A stretch of 59,286 nucleotides of DNA from an uncultured Brachyspira sp. (GTDB lineage Bacteria > Spirochaetota > Brachyspiria > Brachyspirales > Brachyspiraceae). The notes beneath the pieces are model-generated. The model did not search any database. It worked only from the letters and a program-made list of their open reading frames with translations, and was not told where the DNA came from. The stretch spans positions 1-59,286 of the forward strand of contig CALXXQ010000011.1 of NCBI GenBank assembly GCA_944392715.1. The letters are read 5' to 3'. The translations under genes were made by a program, and so were the position numbers. Positions 9,931 to 20,328 of this stretch are shown in pieces. How positions within the stretch are numbered: position 1 is the stretch's first letter; every line of letters begins with the position of its first letter.

Positions 9931-10362
9931 TTATTCAGCTGAAGAAGAAGTATTTTCTTCTGTTTTATTATCTTCAGCATTATTTTTTATTAAATCAGAA
10001 TGTTTAGGTATTTTTACACCTAATCTTTCTACTAAGCGGGCTTTTTTACCAACTTTCTTTCTAAGATAATAAAGTTTAGCTCTTCTTACTTTAGCTTTTC
10101 TTATGATATCAACATGATCTATTCTAGGAGAATTTAAAAGGAATATTCTCTCAACACCTACACCATAAGAGATTTTTCTAACAATAAAACTTTTATTAAT
10201 TCCTTTACCGCGAATAGAAATTACAGTACCTTCATAAGCCTGTAATCTTTCTCTGTCACCTTCTATGATTTTTACCCATACTTTTACTGTATCACCTATT
10301 TCAAAGGGTAAAATTGCTTCTTTCTTATATTTTGCTTCTACTAATCTTATCTGTTGATCCAT
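9931..10362 (-). CDS. rplS: 50S ribosomal protein L19
   Basis: [27 protein letters not shown]. Confidence 0.98.
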   Translation of the reverse strand: MDQQIRLVEAKYKKEAILPFEIGDTVKVWVKIIEGDRERLQAYEGTVISIRGKGINKSFIVRKISYGVGVERIFLLNSPRIDHVDIIRKAKVRRAKLYYLRKKVGKKARLVERLGVKIPKHSDLIKNNAEDNKTEENTSSSAE

Positions 10363-10516
10363 TTAATATCTCCTAAATATTTTATTTATATTAATGTTAG
10401 TTACATTTCAAAAATAAAAATAAACAAATATAACATTATAGAATATAGTTGCAATATTTTATCATAATACATTAATTTTATCAAGTAGGATTAATAAATA
10501 AATTTCTGATATTTTA

Positions 10517-11575
10517 TTAATCATAAAGATTTTCTAAAAATATTATTTTAGAATCGGACACTACCCAATTAATATTTTTATTCTTTTTGTATATCATTTC
10601 AAACATAATCTTACCAGCATTATATCCTTCCAAAAATACTTCTTCCATAACAGTGAATGATATTATGCCAGATTTTATTAATGATTTTATGCTGTTAGCC
10701 ATACCATGGGTTACTATTTTTTTACCATTTAATATATTTTTATCTATTATATCATAAATTTCCTGAGCATATCTGTTTATATAAATACCTTTAATATCAT
10801 ATTTTGCACACATTTCTTTTATTGTATGTATGCTGTCTTCTATATTTCCGCAAAATATTGGACCTAATATTTCTATATTTGTATTTTTTATTCTATCTAA
10901 AAATCCTTCTAAATACATACCAGAAGAAATTTTATCATCTCCATTATCTATTATAAGGAGTTTTTCATCATTTCTTAATATATTTGATACTATACCAGCA
11001 ACTATTGAACCTTGTTTCATATGATTAGGACCTACATGAGGTATATTTTCTGCTAATCTTGTACCTATAGATATTATATTAATTTTTCCAAAATAGGGCT
11101 TGAGCATATTGTATATAACTTCTTTATTTAATGGAGTGATTATTAATCCATGTATATTTTCTGCATTACTTAAAATATCTTTTAAAATTTCTGTCTGCTT
11201 ATCAGGTGAATGTATTTCCGTAGCTGTAATTTTTAGGCTATAATTATATATGGAATATTCTTTATGAATTGCATTAAGTCCTCTTATAATTTCGCTTGTA
11301 TAAAATTCATTAAAAGAGTCAGCAACCAAACAATGTACAATTTTTTCTTTCTGATTGGCAAGTGAGCTTCCTATATAATTTTTTTCATAATTAAGTTCTG
11401 AAGCTAATTCTAATATTTTTGATTTAGTTTCTTCTTTTATAAATTCGCTTCCATTTATAGCCCTAGCTACAGTAGTTCTGCTTATGCCTAATCTTTTAGC
11501 AATTTCTTTTTGCGTAACTCTTTTTAGATTTTTTAATTCTTTTATTTCATTTGCTTCTTTTATTCCATCGTCCAT
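10517..11575 (-). CDS. LacI-family transcriptional regulator
   Basis: HTH VTQKEIAKRLGISRTTVARAIN, ELNY; C-terminal periplasmic-binding-type domain. Confidence 0.85.
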   Translation of the reverse strand: MDDGIKEANEIKELKNLKRVTQKEIAKRLGISRTTVARAINGSEFIKEETKSKILELASELNYEKNYIGSSLANQKEKIVHCLVADSFNEFYTSEIIRGLNAIHKEYSIYNYSLKITATEIHSPDKQTEILKDILSNAENIHGLIITPLNKEVIYNMLKPYFGKINIISIGTRLAENIPHVGPNHMKQGSIVAGIVSNILRNDEKLLIIDNGDDKISSGMYLEGFLDRIKNTNIEILGPIFCGNIEDSIHTIKEMCAKYDIKGIYINRYAQEIYDIIDKNILNGKKIVTHGMANSIKSLIKSGIISFTVMEEVFLEGYNAGKIMFEMIYKKNKNINWVVSDSKIIFLENLYD

Positions 11576-11664
11576 AATGCTTTATATTATCCGAATATTT
11601 TTTACTTTATATTATAGGAAAAGTTAGAATTTTTGCAAATATAATTAATAATATTATTTGAATA

Positions 11665-12273
11665 TTATTGAAAAATATGACCTGCTTCTGCTATAATATT
11701 TGTTCCTGTTTCAAATTTCAAAAATGGAAATTTTCCCATTATTCCAGCTACGATACTTGAAGGCGGGGTAGTTGTAAGTTTATTATATTCTAATACATGG
11801 TCATTATACATAGATATAGATTTTTTTTCATCTTCTATTATAGGCTTCATTTCATTTAATGCGGCTATATAATTTTGATTTGTTCTTAAAACAGGATAAT
11901 TCCTTGCTGTATAATTAATTTTATTTATATTTTCTGTTATTCTTGCTTGAATATATTGATATTCCTGAAATGTCAATGGTTTTTCTATTAAAGTTGAATC
12001 TGCTTCTATTAATTTTACTCTGGATATATAATTGCTTAATGCATGTAAAGTATATATATCTATTTTAGGTATAACGGATACGGCATTATAATAATTTTCT
12101 GATGCTATATTTTTCCTATAATATATTTCCATTATTGAATTTAGAGATTCTCTTGATAATCTTTCTTCTGTAAGAATAGATTCTTTTATTGATGTAGTAG
12201 ATACTATCATAAATATACTTATAGCTATAATATTTACTATAATAAATATTACTGCTACTGCAGAACCTCTCAT
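11665..12273 (-). CDS. LemA-family protein (divergent)
   Basis: N-terminal TM; NYPVLRTNQNY, YNDHVLEYN, PPSSIVA motifs. Confidence 0.7.
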   Translation of the reverse strand: MRGSAVAVIFIIVNIIAISIFMIVSTTSIKESILTEERLSRESLNSIMEIYYRKNIASENYYNAVSVIPKIDIYTLHALSNYISRVKLIEADSTLIEKPLTFQEYQYIQARITENINKINYTARNYPVLRTNQNYIAALNEMKPIIEDEKKSISMYNDHVLEYNKLTTTPPSSIVAGIMGKFPFLKFETGTNIIAEAGHIFQ

Positions 12274-12493
12274 ATTATATATATTTCTCCATTTTTAGTT
12301 TATAAGATTATATATCATAAGTTTTGTTAATTCAAATTTATAAAACAGTAAATATATTATTAAGTGATAAATAACATAATATAGAAATTAGTTTTTACCT
12401 TGACTTTTTTCCTTTATATATATAAAATTATTCAAAAAAATATGAAATATTTTTACATGTAGTATTTTTATGTAAAAATTAGGAGTTTTTCTT

Positions 12494-13240
12494 ATGTTAA
12501 AGAATAATATTTTCAAAATAATTATAGCTTTATCAGCGGTTTTATTTATGTTTATAGGCTGTAAAAAACAAGCTGATAAAAATAAATTATATATTGGAAC
12601 TAATGCTGAATTTGTACCTTTTGAATATAGAGAGGGAGACAACATTGTTGGTTTTGATGTAGATTTGATAAATGAAATAGCAAAAATTATTGGAAAAGAC
12701 ATTGAGTTTGTAGATATGGCTTTTGACGGACTTCTTCCTGCTTTACAAGCTAAAAAAATAGACGTAATCATTGCTGGTATGACAGCAACTGAAGAGAGAA
12801 AGCAATTTGTTAATTTTTCAGAGCCTTATTATGAATCTAGACAAACTATATTAGTTCATAGTAATAATGAAGATATTTATGGATTTAAGAGTTTACAAGG
12901 TAAAAATGTTGGTGTTGTATTAGGTTATACTGGTGATTTAATTGTAAGTGAGATGTCTAATGTAAATGTTCAGAGATATGGTGCTACATCAGAGGCTATA
13001 ATAGCTTTGAAAAGCCAAAAAGTTGATGCTGTAGTTTTAGATTCTGAACCTGCTAAACAATATTTTGATCAAAATAATGATTTAAAATTAGTTATTAGCT
13101 TAGATGAAGAAGTAAGTAGTGAAGAGTATGCTATTGCTATGAGAAAAGAAGATACTGAACTGCTTGCTCAGATAAATGAAGCTTTGCAGACTATTAAAGA
13201 TAATGGCACTTATGATGCTTTAATAAGCAAATATTTTTGA
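12494..13240 (+). CDS. Polar amino-acid ABC transporter substrate-binding lipoprotein
   Basis: Lipobox FIGC; GTNAEFVPFEY, GFDVDL, TEERK, FSEPYY. Confidence 0.92.
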   Translation: MLKNNIFKIIIALSAVLFMFIGCKKQADKNKLYIGTNAEFVPFEYREGDNIVGFDVDLINEIAKIIGKDIEFVDMAFDGLLPALQAKKIDVIIAGMTATEERKQFVNFSEPYYESRQTILVHSNNEDIYGFKSLQGKNVGVVLGYTGDLIVSEMSNVNVQRYGATSEAIIALKSQKVDAVVLDSEPAKQYFDQNNDLKLVISLDEEVSSEEYAIAMRKEDTELLAQINEALQTIKDNGTYDALISKYF

Positions 13241-13249
13241 GAATAATTA

Positions 13250-13310
13250 ATATCTTCTTCTTAATTCTCTTTAATTTACTTTATAAATTAAGATTATAAG
13301 GAGAAGATAT
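13250..13310 (+). terminator. Intercistronic stem-loop after the binding-protein gene
   Basis: Arms atatcttct / agaagatat followed by a T-run. Confidence 0.4.
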
Positions 13311-13335
13311 ATTTTTTATAAGGGTTTATTTATAT

Positions 13336-14049
13336 ATGTTGGAATATTTAGAACTTCTTAAAACAATATTCATATCAAATGACAGATATATTTATGTTTT
13401 AAAGGGACTTTTATTTTCTGTAGGGACAACAGCATGCTCTACAATAATAGGTATTATATTAGGTATATTTATAGCTTTACTTCAGCTTTCTGAATTTTAC
13501 CCATTTAAAAATTCTAAAAGATTAAGTAATTTTAATCCGCTTTCAAAGATTGCATTTTGGTATGTAAATATTTTAAGAGGAACTCCAGTTGTAGTGCAGC
13601 TTATGATATGGGCTAATGTTATTTTTGTTGATTCATTAAGAAACACCCCTATACTTATTATTGCTGCTATTGCTTTTGGAATTAACTCTGGTGCTTATGT
13701 TGCTGAGATTATAAGAGCTGGCATACAGAGTTTGGATAAAGGACAGATGGAAGCTGCTAGGGCTTTGGGAATGAATTATTCTTTGTCTATGAAAGAAATT
13801 ATAATACCTCAGGCTATTAGAAAGATACTTCCGCCTCTTGTAAGCGAGTTTATAGCATTACTTAAAGAAACTTCTGTTGTTGGATTTATAGGAGGAGTTG
13901 ATTTATTAAGGTCAGCTAATATTATTACCAGTCAGACTTATAGAGGAGTTGAGCCTTTAATTGCTGTTGGAATAATATATTTTATACTCACTTCAGTATT
14001 TGCAATGATTATGAAGAAGGTAGAGGAGGGCTTAAGAGAAAGTGATTAA
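13336..14049 (+). CDS. Amino-acid ABC transporter permease
   Basis: [29 protein letters not shown]. Confidence 0.93.
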   Translation: MLEYLELLKTIFISNDRYIYVLKGLLFSVGTTACSTIIGIILGIFIALLQLSEFYPFKNSKRLSNFNPLSKIAFWYVNILRGTPVVVQLMIWANVIFVDSLRNTPILIIAAIAFGINSGAYVAEIIRAGIQSLDKGQMEAARALGMNYSLSMKEIIIPQAIRKILPPLVSEFIALLKETSVVGFIGGVDLLRSANIITSQTYRGVEPLIAVGIIYFILTSVFAMIMKKVEEGLRESD

Positions 14050-14770
14050 GATAAGAAATTTACATAAAAAGTTTGGAAAATTAGAAGTATTAAAAGGCAT
14101 AAATGCTGATATTGCAAAAGGTGAGATTATTGCTGTAATAGGTCCTTCAGGAAGCGGAAAATCTACTTTTTTAAGATGCATAAATAGACTTGAAGAACCT
14201 ACCGAAGGTGATATTATCATTAACGGCAAAAATATCATGGATAAAAATACTGATATAAATTTTATGAGGCAGGAGCTTGGAATTGTATTTCAGCATTTCA
14301 ATTTATTTCCTCATAAAACTGTTATGGAAAATATTACTTTATCTCCTATAAAAGTAAAAAAAATATCAAAAGAAAATGCTGAGAAAAAAGCAATTGAGCT
14401 TCTTAAAAAAGTAGGATTAGTTGATAAAAAAGATGTATATCCTAATAAGCTTTCAGGCGGACAAAAACAGAGAATAGCTATTGCTAGAGCTTTGGCTATG
14501 GAGCCTGATATTATGCTTTTTGATGAGCCTACTTCTGCTTTGGACCCTGAAATGATTAAAGAGGTTTTAGATGTTATGGTTGAACTTGCTAAAGAAGGAA
14601 TGACTATGATAATTGTTACTCATGAAATGGGTTTTGCGAAAAATGTAGCTACTAGGATACTTTTTATGAATGACGGACAGATACTTGAAGATGAAGAGCC
14701 TAATGAGTTTTTCTCTAATCCTAAGCATGACAGAGTTAAAGATTTTCTATATAAAGTTTTAAATCATTAA
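14042..14770 (+). CDS. Amino-acid ABC transporter ATPase (GlnQ family)
   Basis: [27 protein letters not shown]. Confidence 0.94.
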   Translation: MIKIRNLHKKFGKLEVLKGINADIAKGEIIAVIGPSGSGKSTFLRCINRLEEPTEGDIIINGKNIMDKNTDINFMRQELGIVFQHFNLFPHKTVMENITLSPIKVKKISKENAEKKAIELLKKVGLVDKKDVYPNKLSGGQKQRIAIARALAMEPDIMLFDEPTSALDPEMIKEVLDVMVELAKEGMTMIIVTHEMGFAKNVATRILFMNDGQILEDEEPNEFFSNPKHDRVKDFLYKVLNH

Positions 14771-14831
14771 TATTATTTTAAAATATAAAAATATTTGCAT
14801 ATGAAGTATCATTTTATAATTATATTATAAG

Positions 14832-14860
14832 TTGACAATAGTTGTTTTATAATATATAAT
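14832..14860 (+). promoter_or_regulatory. Consensus sigma70 promoter of yebC-ruvC
   Basis: Exact TTGACA-17 nt-TATAAT. Confidence 0.7.
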
Positions 14861-14911
14861 TACAGCGAATAAATCATTTAAAATAAAAAATCTAATAAAT
14901 AGAGGTGTAAT

Positions 14912-15655
14912 ATGTCAGGACACTCCAAGTGGGCTAGTATTAAACATAAAAAAGCTGCAAATGATTCAAAAAAAGGTAAAATTTGGTCAAAAATAGCGAA
15001 AGAAATAACAATTGCAGTAAAAGAAGGGGGAAGCCCAGACCCAGATCAGAATGCTAGATTAAGAATGGTTATAGTTAAAGCTAAAGGTACTAATATGCCT
15101 AATGATAATATAGATAGGGCTATAAAAAGAGGTTCTGGTGCAGGTGAAGGTGCTAATATTGAAGAAATGTCTTATGAAGGTTATGCTCCAGGCGGCGTAG
15201 CTATTATTGTAGATGTTGCAACTGATAATAAAAATAGAACTGCTGCTGAGATAAGATCTATATTTAGTAAAAATGGAGGAAACTTAGCTGAAAACGGTGC
15301 TGTTTCTTGGCAGTTCAAGAAAAAAGCTGTTGTAATGATTCCTGCTGCTGGAAATACTGAAGAAAGTTTAATGGATATAGTATTAGATGCTGGTGCTGAA
15401 GATATAGAGCAAGATGAAGAAGTATTTACTATTACAGGACCTATGGAAACTTTATCTTCTATAGTGGATGCATTAAAGGCTAAAGGTATTGAGCCTGAAA
15501 GTGCTGAGATTGTAAGAGTTGCTGATAATACTATGACTATAGCTGAAAATGATGCTAAAAAAGTTATGAAAATCATAAGCCTTTTTGAAGATCATGATGA
15601 TGTTTCTGCTGTAGCTACTAACTTAGAAATTACTGATAACTTAATAGAAGAATAA
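14912..15655 (+). CDS. yebC: YebC/PmpR family protein
   Basis: MSGHSKWASIKHKK, YEGYAPGG, TDNKNRT. Confidence 0.96.
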   Translation: MSGHSKWASIKHKKAANDSKKGKIWSKIAKEITIAVKEGGSPDPDQNARLRMVIVKAKGTNMPNDNIDRAIKRGSGAGEGANIEEMSYEGYAPGGVAIIVDVATDNKNRTAAEIRSIFSKNGGNLAENGAVSWQFKKKAVVMIPAAGNTEESLMDIVLDAGAEDIEQDEEVFTITGPMETLSSIVDALKAKGIEPESAEIVRVADNTMTIAENDAKKVMKIISLFEDHDDVSAVATNLEITDNLIEE

Positions 15656-15672
15656 TTATTTTGTCATAATAA

Positions 15673-16155
15673 ATGATAACTTTAGGAATAGACCCGGGAT
15701 TTGCTAGATGCGGATATGCTTTTATAGAATCTAGAAATTCTGTTTATAATATAGTGGATTCCGGGCTTATCGAAACTTTCTCAAATCAAGATTATAATCA
15801 AAGACTTACATTTATATTTACTAAATTAGATGAGCTTATAAAAAAATATAAACCCGATAATGCTTCTATAGAAGAACTTTTCTTTTCAAAAAATACAAAA
15901 ACTGCTATAAAAGTTGCTGAGGCAAGAGGGGTTATAATATTAGCACTTACTCTAAATAAAATAGAGTTTGAGGAGTATAAGCCTAAAGAGGTAAAATCTC
16001 AAATAACAGGCAATGGAAATGCTAATAAGGATTCCATGATGAAAATGGTTAACCTATTTACTGGTTCTAATATTATTCAAGATGATACTGCTGATGCTGT
16101 TGCAATAGCTTTAGCTCATGCATCTAAAAACAGAATTTTTAATAATATTAAATAA
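15673..16155 (+). CDS. ruvC: Holliday junction resolvase RuvC
   Basis: LGIDPG, IEELFF, ARGV, DDTADA; follows yebC. Confidence 0.95.
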   Translation: MITLGIDPGFARCGYAFIESRNSVYNIVDSGLIETFSNQDYNQRLTFIFTKLDELIKKYKPDNASIEELFFSKNTKTAIKVAEARGVIILALTLNKIEFEEYKPKEVKSQITGNGNANKDSMMKMVNLFTGSNIIQDDTADAVAIALAHASKNRIFNNIK

Positions 16156-16843
16156 TAGGTTTTTCATAACTTATATCATCAATCATATATATATTTTCTT
16201 TATGATTAGTTCTAGGATTTTCTGTTGTATTAGTTTCAGAACTCATAGATGAAGAAGATGATGATTCTGATTTTTGATTTATTATAGAATCAAATTCTGA
16301 TTTATAATTTTCTAATATAGTATTAGTAAAATTAGCATTTGATAAAACTTCTCTTAATTGATTTAAATCATATACATATGTGTAAGTGTATTTTGTATTA
16401 TTAATATTTTCTATTCCTCTAACTGCAAGAGTGTTGCAAGATAACATCTCTTTTAAAAATATTATACTTTTTTGACTTGAATCTTGAGAATTAGTTAATG
16501 AATAAAATTCACTTTCTCCATATTTATTTAGTATAGTATTTCTAGGTTCATTTTTATCCAATCTATATATTATATCTATATTATTATTAGTAATATTAAA
16601 ATCTTTTTTAAATGCAAGAGACGGAGTATATAAATTAATGTTTATAGAATTGCTATTTACTTTTATCATAAATGTATTAAAATTCATACTCCTATCTTCA
16701 CGTTTTTTTATAAATATTGAAATCTCTTTATCATCTGTTATAGGATCTACTTTTTCAACTAAGCGCCATTTATCTAAAGCATAGTATTGAGAATATAATA
16801 TAGAGCAGCTAATAGCTATTATAATCATTATAATTTTCTTCAT
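16148..16843 (-). CDS. Secreted hypothetical protein
   Basis: Signal-peptide-like N-terminus, W..DPITD motif, Ser-rich linker; upstream GGAG RBS. Confidence 0.6.
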   Translation of the reverse strand: MKKIIMIIIAISCSILYSQYYALDKWRLVEKVDPITDDKEISIFIKKREDRSMNFNTFMIKVNSNSININLYTPSLAFKKDFNITNNNIDIIYRLDKNEPRNTILNKYGESEFYSLTNSQDSSQKSIIFLKEMLSCNTLAVRGIENINNTKYTYTYVYDLNQLREVLSNANFTNTILENYKSEFDSIINQKSESSSSSSMSSETNTTENPRTNHKENIYMIDDISYEKPII

Positions 16844-16957
16844 AAATCCAACTCCGTTTGCTTATTATGTATATATTATGATATTTTTATGAATTTAAAT
16901 CAATAAAAAATATACATAATATAATTTTTTTTGCTGATTTTAGTTTACATATTAAAA

Positions 16958-16996
16958 TAAAAACAGCAAGAAGCTTAAAATTTGACCTCTTGCTGT
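16958..16996 (-). terminator. Intrinsic terminator of fruK
   Basis: Stem acagcaaga/tcttgctgt plus T-run on the minus strand. Confidence 0.55.
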
Positions 16997-17017
16997 AATA
17001 AAACTAAAAATATTTTT

Positions 17018-17944
17018 TTATTTTAAATTAATTTTTTTTACTTCAACTTTATCTAAAAAGCTATTCATATTTTCAAATGTAGTAAGTCCTTCACTGAAAG
17101 CTGTAGCAGTTGCAGATGCTATAGCATATTTATAAGAATCTAATATATTTAAATTTTGGCTTATTCCATATACAATACCTGCAACCATAGCATCACCCGA
17201 ACCTACTGAACTTACTAATTGTCCGTCAGGAGCATTACCTATATATGCTTCATCTTTATTTACCAAAGCAGATCCTTCTTTACCTAATGATACTATAACA
17301 TTTTCACTGCCGTCTTTCACTAACTGCTGAGCATAAGTTATTATATCATAAACTGAACGTATATCTTTTCCAAAATATTCTGATAATTCTTTTCTATTTG
17401 GTTTAGTGAGAAAAACCTGCTCTTTAACTGCTATTTTAAATGCATTCTCTCTTGAATCTAAAATCACTTTTATATTATTTTTAGATTTTGTTTTTTGTAT
17501 TATATCTTTATAAATATCCTCTCTAACAGAACTAGGCACACTTCCAGAAAGAACTAATATATCATTATCCTCTACATTATCTATAATAGAGAGTAAGGCA
17601 TCTATATTTTCTTTAGATATTTGAGGAGATTTACCCATTATTTCTGTTTCATTTTTAGGTGTTTTTATTTTTACATTTATTCTAGTATCTTCTGATAAAG
17701 ATATAAAATTATCTTTAATACCATATTTATTTAAATCTGATTTTATATATTCTCCTGTAAATCCGCCGCAAAAACCTAAAGCCATAGATTCAATATTAAA
17801 GTTCTTTAATACTTTAGAAACATTTATTCCCTTACCTCCAGCTAAAGTATATGAATTATTAACTTTATTTAATTCACCCTCATCTACTTTATCCATATTC
17901 ATATAATAATCTATAGCTGGATTTAATGTTACAGTGTAAATCAT
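17018..17944 (-). CDS. fruK: 1-phosphofructokinase (PfkB family)
   Basis: MIYTVTLNPAID, GGKGINVS, LSGSVP, KPN, VGSGDAMVAG. Confidence 0.88.
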   Translation of the reverse strand: MIYTVTLNPAIDYYMNMDKVDEGELNKVNNSYTLAGGKGINVSKVLKNFNIESMALGFCGGFTGEYIKSDLNKYGIKDNFISLSEDTRINVKIKTPKNETEIMGKSPQISKENIDALLSIIDNVEDNDILVLSGSVPSSVREDIYKDIIQKTKSKNNIKVILDSRENAFKIAVKEQVFLTKPNRKELSEYFGKDIRSVYDIITYAQQLVKDGSENVIVSLGKEGSALVNKDEAYIGNAPDGQLVSSVGSGDAMVAGIVYGISQNLNILDSYKYAIASATATAFSEGLTTFENMNSFLDKVEVKKINLK

Positions 17945-18002
17945 AAATAACTCCAATTTTTATATTTTTATAGATTATATATAATTATAAAAAAAATAAA
18001 AG

Positions 18003-18096
18003 CTAGGGCGGGGATGCTTTTTACTAATTAAATAGAGAAATAAAAAAATGTATTGTTATTAATATTGGCAGCAAATATAGGGGGTGGGGAATGTAA
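18003..18096. repeat. Partial copy (two terminal nodes) of the GC-node palindromic element
   Basis: gggcggg 18006 and gggtggg 18082, 76 nt apart; ctaattaaat and atgtaa shared with the reverse complement of the 25.5-kb copy. Confidence 0.65.
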
Positions 18097-18123
18097 GTAA
18101 ATTTTTTAATAATAAATATTTCT

Positions 18124-18151
18124 TTGACTTTTTTTTCAATTCAATTATACT
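18124..18151 (+). promoter_or_regulatory. Putative sigma70 promoter of galE
   Basis: TTGACT-16 nt-TATACT. Confidence 0.45.
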
Positions 18152-18193
18152 TTAATTATATAAATTAAACTTTTTATTTGGAGTACTAATAAT

Positions 18194-19186
18194 ATGGCTG
18201 TTTTAGTATGCGGAGGAGCTGGATATATAGGCTCGCATGTAGTTAATGAACTTTTAAAACAGAATATAGAAACTGTTATAATAGATTCATTGGAATATGG
18301 ACATAAAGATGCTATTAAAGACTGTAATAATTTTTATCATGGAAATATTGGAGACAGTGAATTGCTTGATAAAATATTTAAAAGTCATAATATAGATTCT
18401 GTTATGCATTTATGTGCTTATATAGAAGTAGGAGAGAGTGTGCAAAATCCTGCTAAATATTATCATAATAATGTATCTAATTCTATTAATCTTCTTAATG
18501 CAATGCTTAGGGCGAAAGTTAAAAATTTTATCTTTTCTTCTACAGCAGCAGTTTATGGAGAGCCTGAAGCTATACCATTGAAAGAAGATTGCAGAAAAGA
18601 ACCTACAAATCCTTATGGTGATAGTAAATTAGCATTGGAAAAGATACTTTCTTGGTATACTAAAGCTTATGATTTTAATTATGTAGCTTTAAGATATTTT
18701 AATGCTTCAGGAGCACATCCTGATGGGCATATTGGAGAAGATCATAATCCAGAATCACATTTAATACCGTTAATACTTCAAGTGCCTCTTGGAAAAAGAG
18801 AATCAATAAAAATATTTGGTGATGATTATCCTACTCCTGACGGAACTTGTCTTAGAGATTATATACATGTATGCGATTTGGCTTTAGCGCATATTGCTGC
18901 TATGAATTATTTAAAAAAAGGCGGTAAAAGTATTTCTTGTAATTTAGGTAATGGTAATGGATTTAGTGTAAAAGAAGTTATTGAAGTAGCTAGAAAAGTT
19001 ACAGGACATCCTATACCTGCAGAAGTTTGTCCTAGAAGAGCTGGGGATTCATCAGAACTTATTGCAAGCAGTGATAGAGCTAAAGAAGTTTTAGGCTGGA
19101 CTCCTACTATAGACTCATTGGAAACAATAGTTCAGACTGCTTGGAATTGGCATAAGAATCATCCTAACGGATATAATGATAGATAA
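18194..19186 (+). CDS. galE: UDP-glucose 4-epimerase
   Basis: GGAGYIGSH, FSSTAAVYG, YGDSK, LRYFN, RDYIHV. Confidence 0.95.
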   Translation: MAVLVCGGAGYIGSHVVNELLKQNIETVIIDSLEYGHKDAIKDCNNFYHGNIGDSELLDKIFKSHNIDSVMHLCAYIEVGESVQNPAKYYHNNVSNSINLLNAMLRAKVKNFIFSSTAAVYGEPEAIPLKEDCRKEPTNPYGDSKLALEKILSWYTKAYDFNYVALRYFNASGAHPDGHIGEDHNPESHLIPLILQVPLGKRESIKIFGDDYPTPDGTCLRDYIHVCDLALAHIAAMNYLKKGGKSISCNLGNGNGFSVKEVIEVARKVTGHPIPAEVCPRRAGDSSELIASSDRAKEVLGWTPTIDSLETIVQTAWNWHKNHPNGYNDR

Positions 19187-19197
19187 TTTTTTATATT

Positions 19198-19226
19198 AAG
19201 AGGTTCTATTTTTAGAGCCTCTTTTT
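19198..19226 (+). terminator. Intrinsic terminator of galE
   Basis: Stem aagaggttcta/tagagcctctt then T-run. Confidence 0.7.
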
Positions 19227-19228
19227 AT

Positions 19229-19460
19229 TCCCACCCTATATATTTGATGCTATTATTTAAGTCTTAATTATTTTTTATTTTTTTATTAATAAAGAAAAAT
19301 CACAACCCACCCATGTTTTGATTAAATTTTTTTACTAATTTTAACGCATGTGGAATAAAATTTTATATATAAGTTAAATTTGAATGATTAATGAATTTAT
19401 ATATTTAGTATAATTAAGCATGCGTTTGAACTGCAGCTATTTATAAAAAATTAGAGCTTT
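19229..19460. repeat. Partial/degenerate copy (four nodes) of the GC-node palindromic element
   Basis: cccaccc 19230, cccaccc 19306, aacgcatg 19343, catgcgtt 19419, central tttgaatgat 19379; same geometry as the 25.5-kb copy, opposite orientation. Confidence 0.72.
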
Positions 19461-19530
19461 ATACTTTTATAATTTAAATATTATTCTATTTTGTATTAAT
19501 ATAATTAAATATATATTGCACGGAATGTAT

Positions 19531-19556
19531 AAAAAAGGAGGCTTAAAGCCCCCTTT
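19531..19556 (-). terminator. Intrinsic terminator of the rpmH-jag operon
   Basis: aaaggaggc/gcccccttt stem with T6 on the minus strand. Confidence 0.65.
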
Positions 19557-19573
19557 CAATTAATCATATATAA

Positions 19574-20275
19574 TTATCTATTTCTGTAATAAGATTTATT
19601 ATACCCGCCTCTATCATTATATCTTTTATTATAACCGCCTTTTCTTTTTGAATATACTTTTACGCTTCTGTATGGCGGCTCTCCATCACTTTTAGTTTCA
19701 ACATCTTGATCATTTTGTAATTCTAAGTGTATAATTCTTCTTTCATAAGGCGACATAGGATCTAATGCTACTACTCTTCTTGTTTTTTTAGCCTGCTGAG
19801 CTGCCTGACGTGCTATATGTTTTAATGTTTCTTCGCGTCTTTCTCTGTAACCATCAACGTCTAATATAATATGTCTTTCAGTGTCATCATTAAATTTTTT
19901 AGAAGCTATCAATGATATTATGAATTGTAATGATTCTAATGTAGCGCCTTTTTTGCCTATTAAAACTCCTGAATCTTCTGTTGAAATATTGATATAAATT
20001 CTTTTTTCACTTTCTTCCTTAGCAGTAACTTCAGCTTCCACCCCCATATATTTCAATATATTAGATACTATAGATTGAAACTCACCTAAATTAGTAGAAA
20101 TTTCTTCATAATAAACTCGTATGATAGTAGGAGATTCCTCCCCAAATCCTAATAATGTGCGTTTTCCTTTATCTATTACCTCAATTCTAACCTGATCTTC
20201 TGTAAGATTAAGTTCTTCAAGTGCCTTAGCAACGGCTTCCTTTTCTGATTTGCCACTAAACTCTTTTACTAACAT
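19574..20275 (-). CDS. jag: Jag/KhpB (EloR) RNA-binding protein
   Basis: Jag_N region, KH motif IGKKGATLESLQ, R3H motif ERRIIH. Confidence 0.93.
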   Translation of the reverse strand: MLVKEFSGKSEKEAVAKALEELNLTEDQVRIEVIDKGKRTLLGFGEESPTIIRVYYEEISTNLGEFQSIVSNILKYMGVEAEVTAKEESEKRIYINISTEDSGVLIGKKGATLESLQFIISLIASKKFNDDTERHIILDVDGYRERREETLKHIARQAAQQAKKTRRVVALDPMSPYERRIIHLELQNDQDVETKSDGEPPYRSVKVYSKRKGGYNKRYNDRGGYNKSYYRNR

Positions 20276-20328
20276 AGTATCCTCCTTTCTATATGATAAA
20301 GTAATATTTATTTATATTACTTTTAATA

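Noticed and set aside
12388-15576. Minus-strand ORFs 12388-12771, 14032-14238 and 15181-15576
   Set aside because: Antisense shadows of well-supported ABC transporter and yebC genes.
16148-16843. Secreted protein as a secretion-system component or toxin
   Set aside because: Only a short W..DPITD motif; no secretion or immunity genes nearby.
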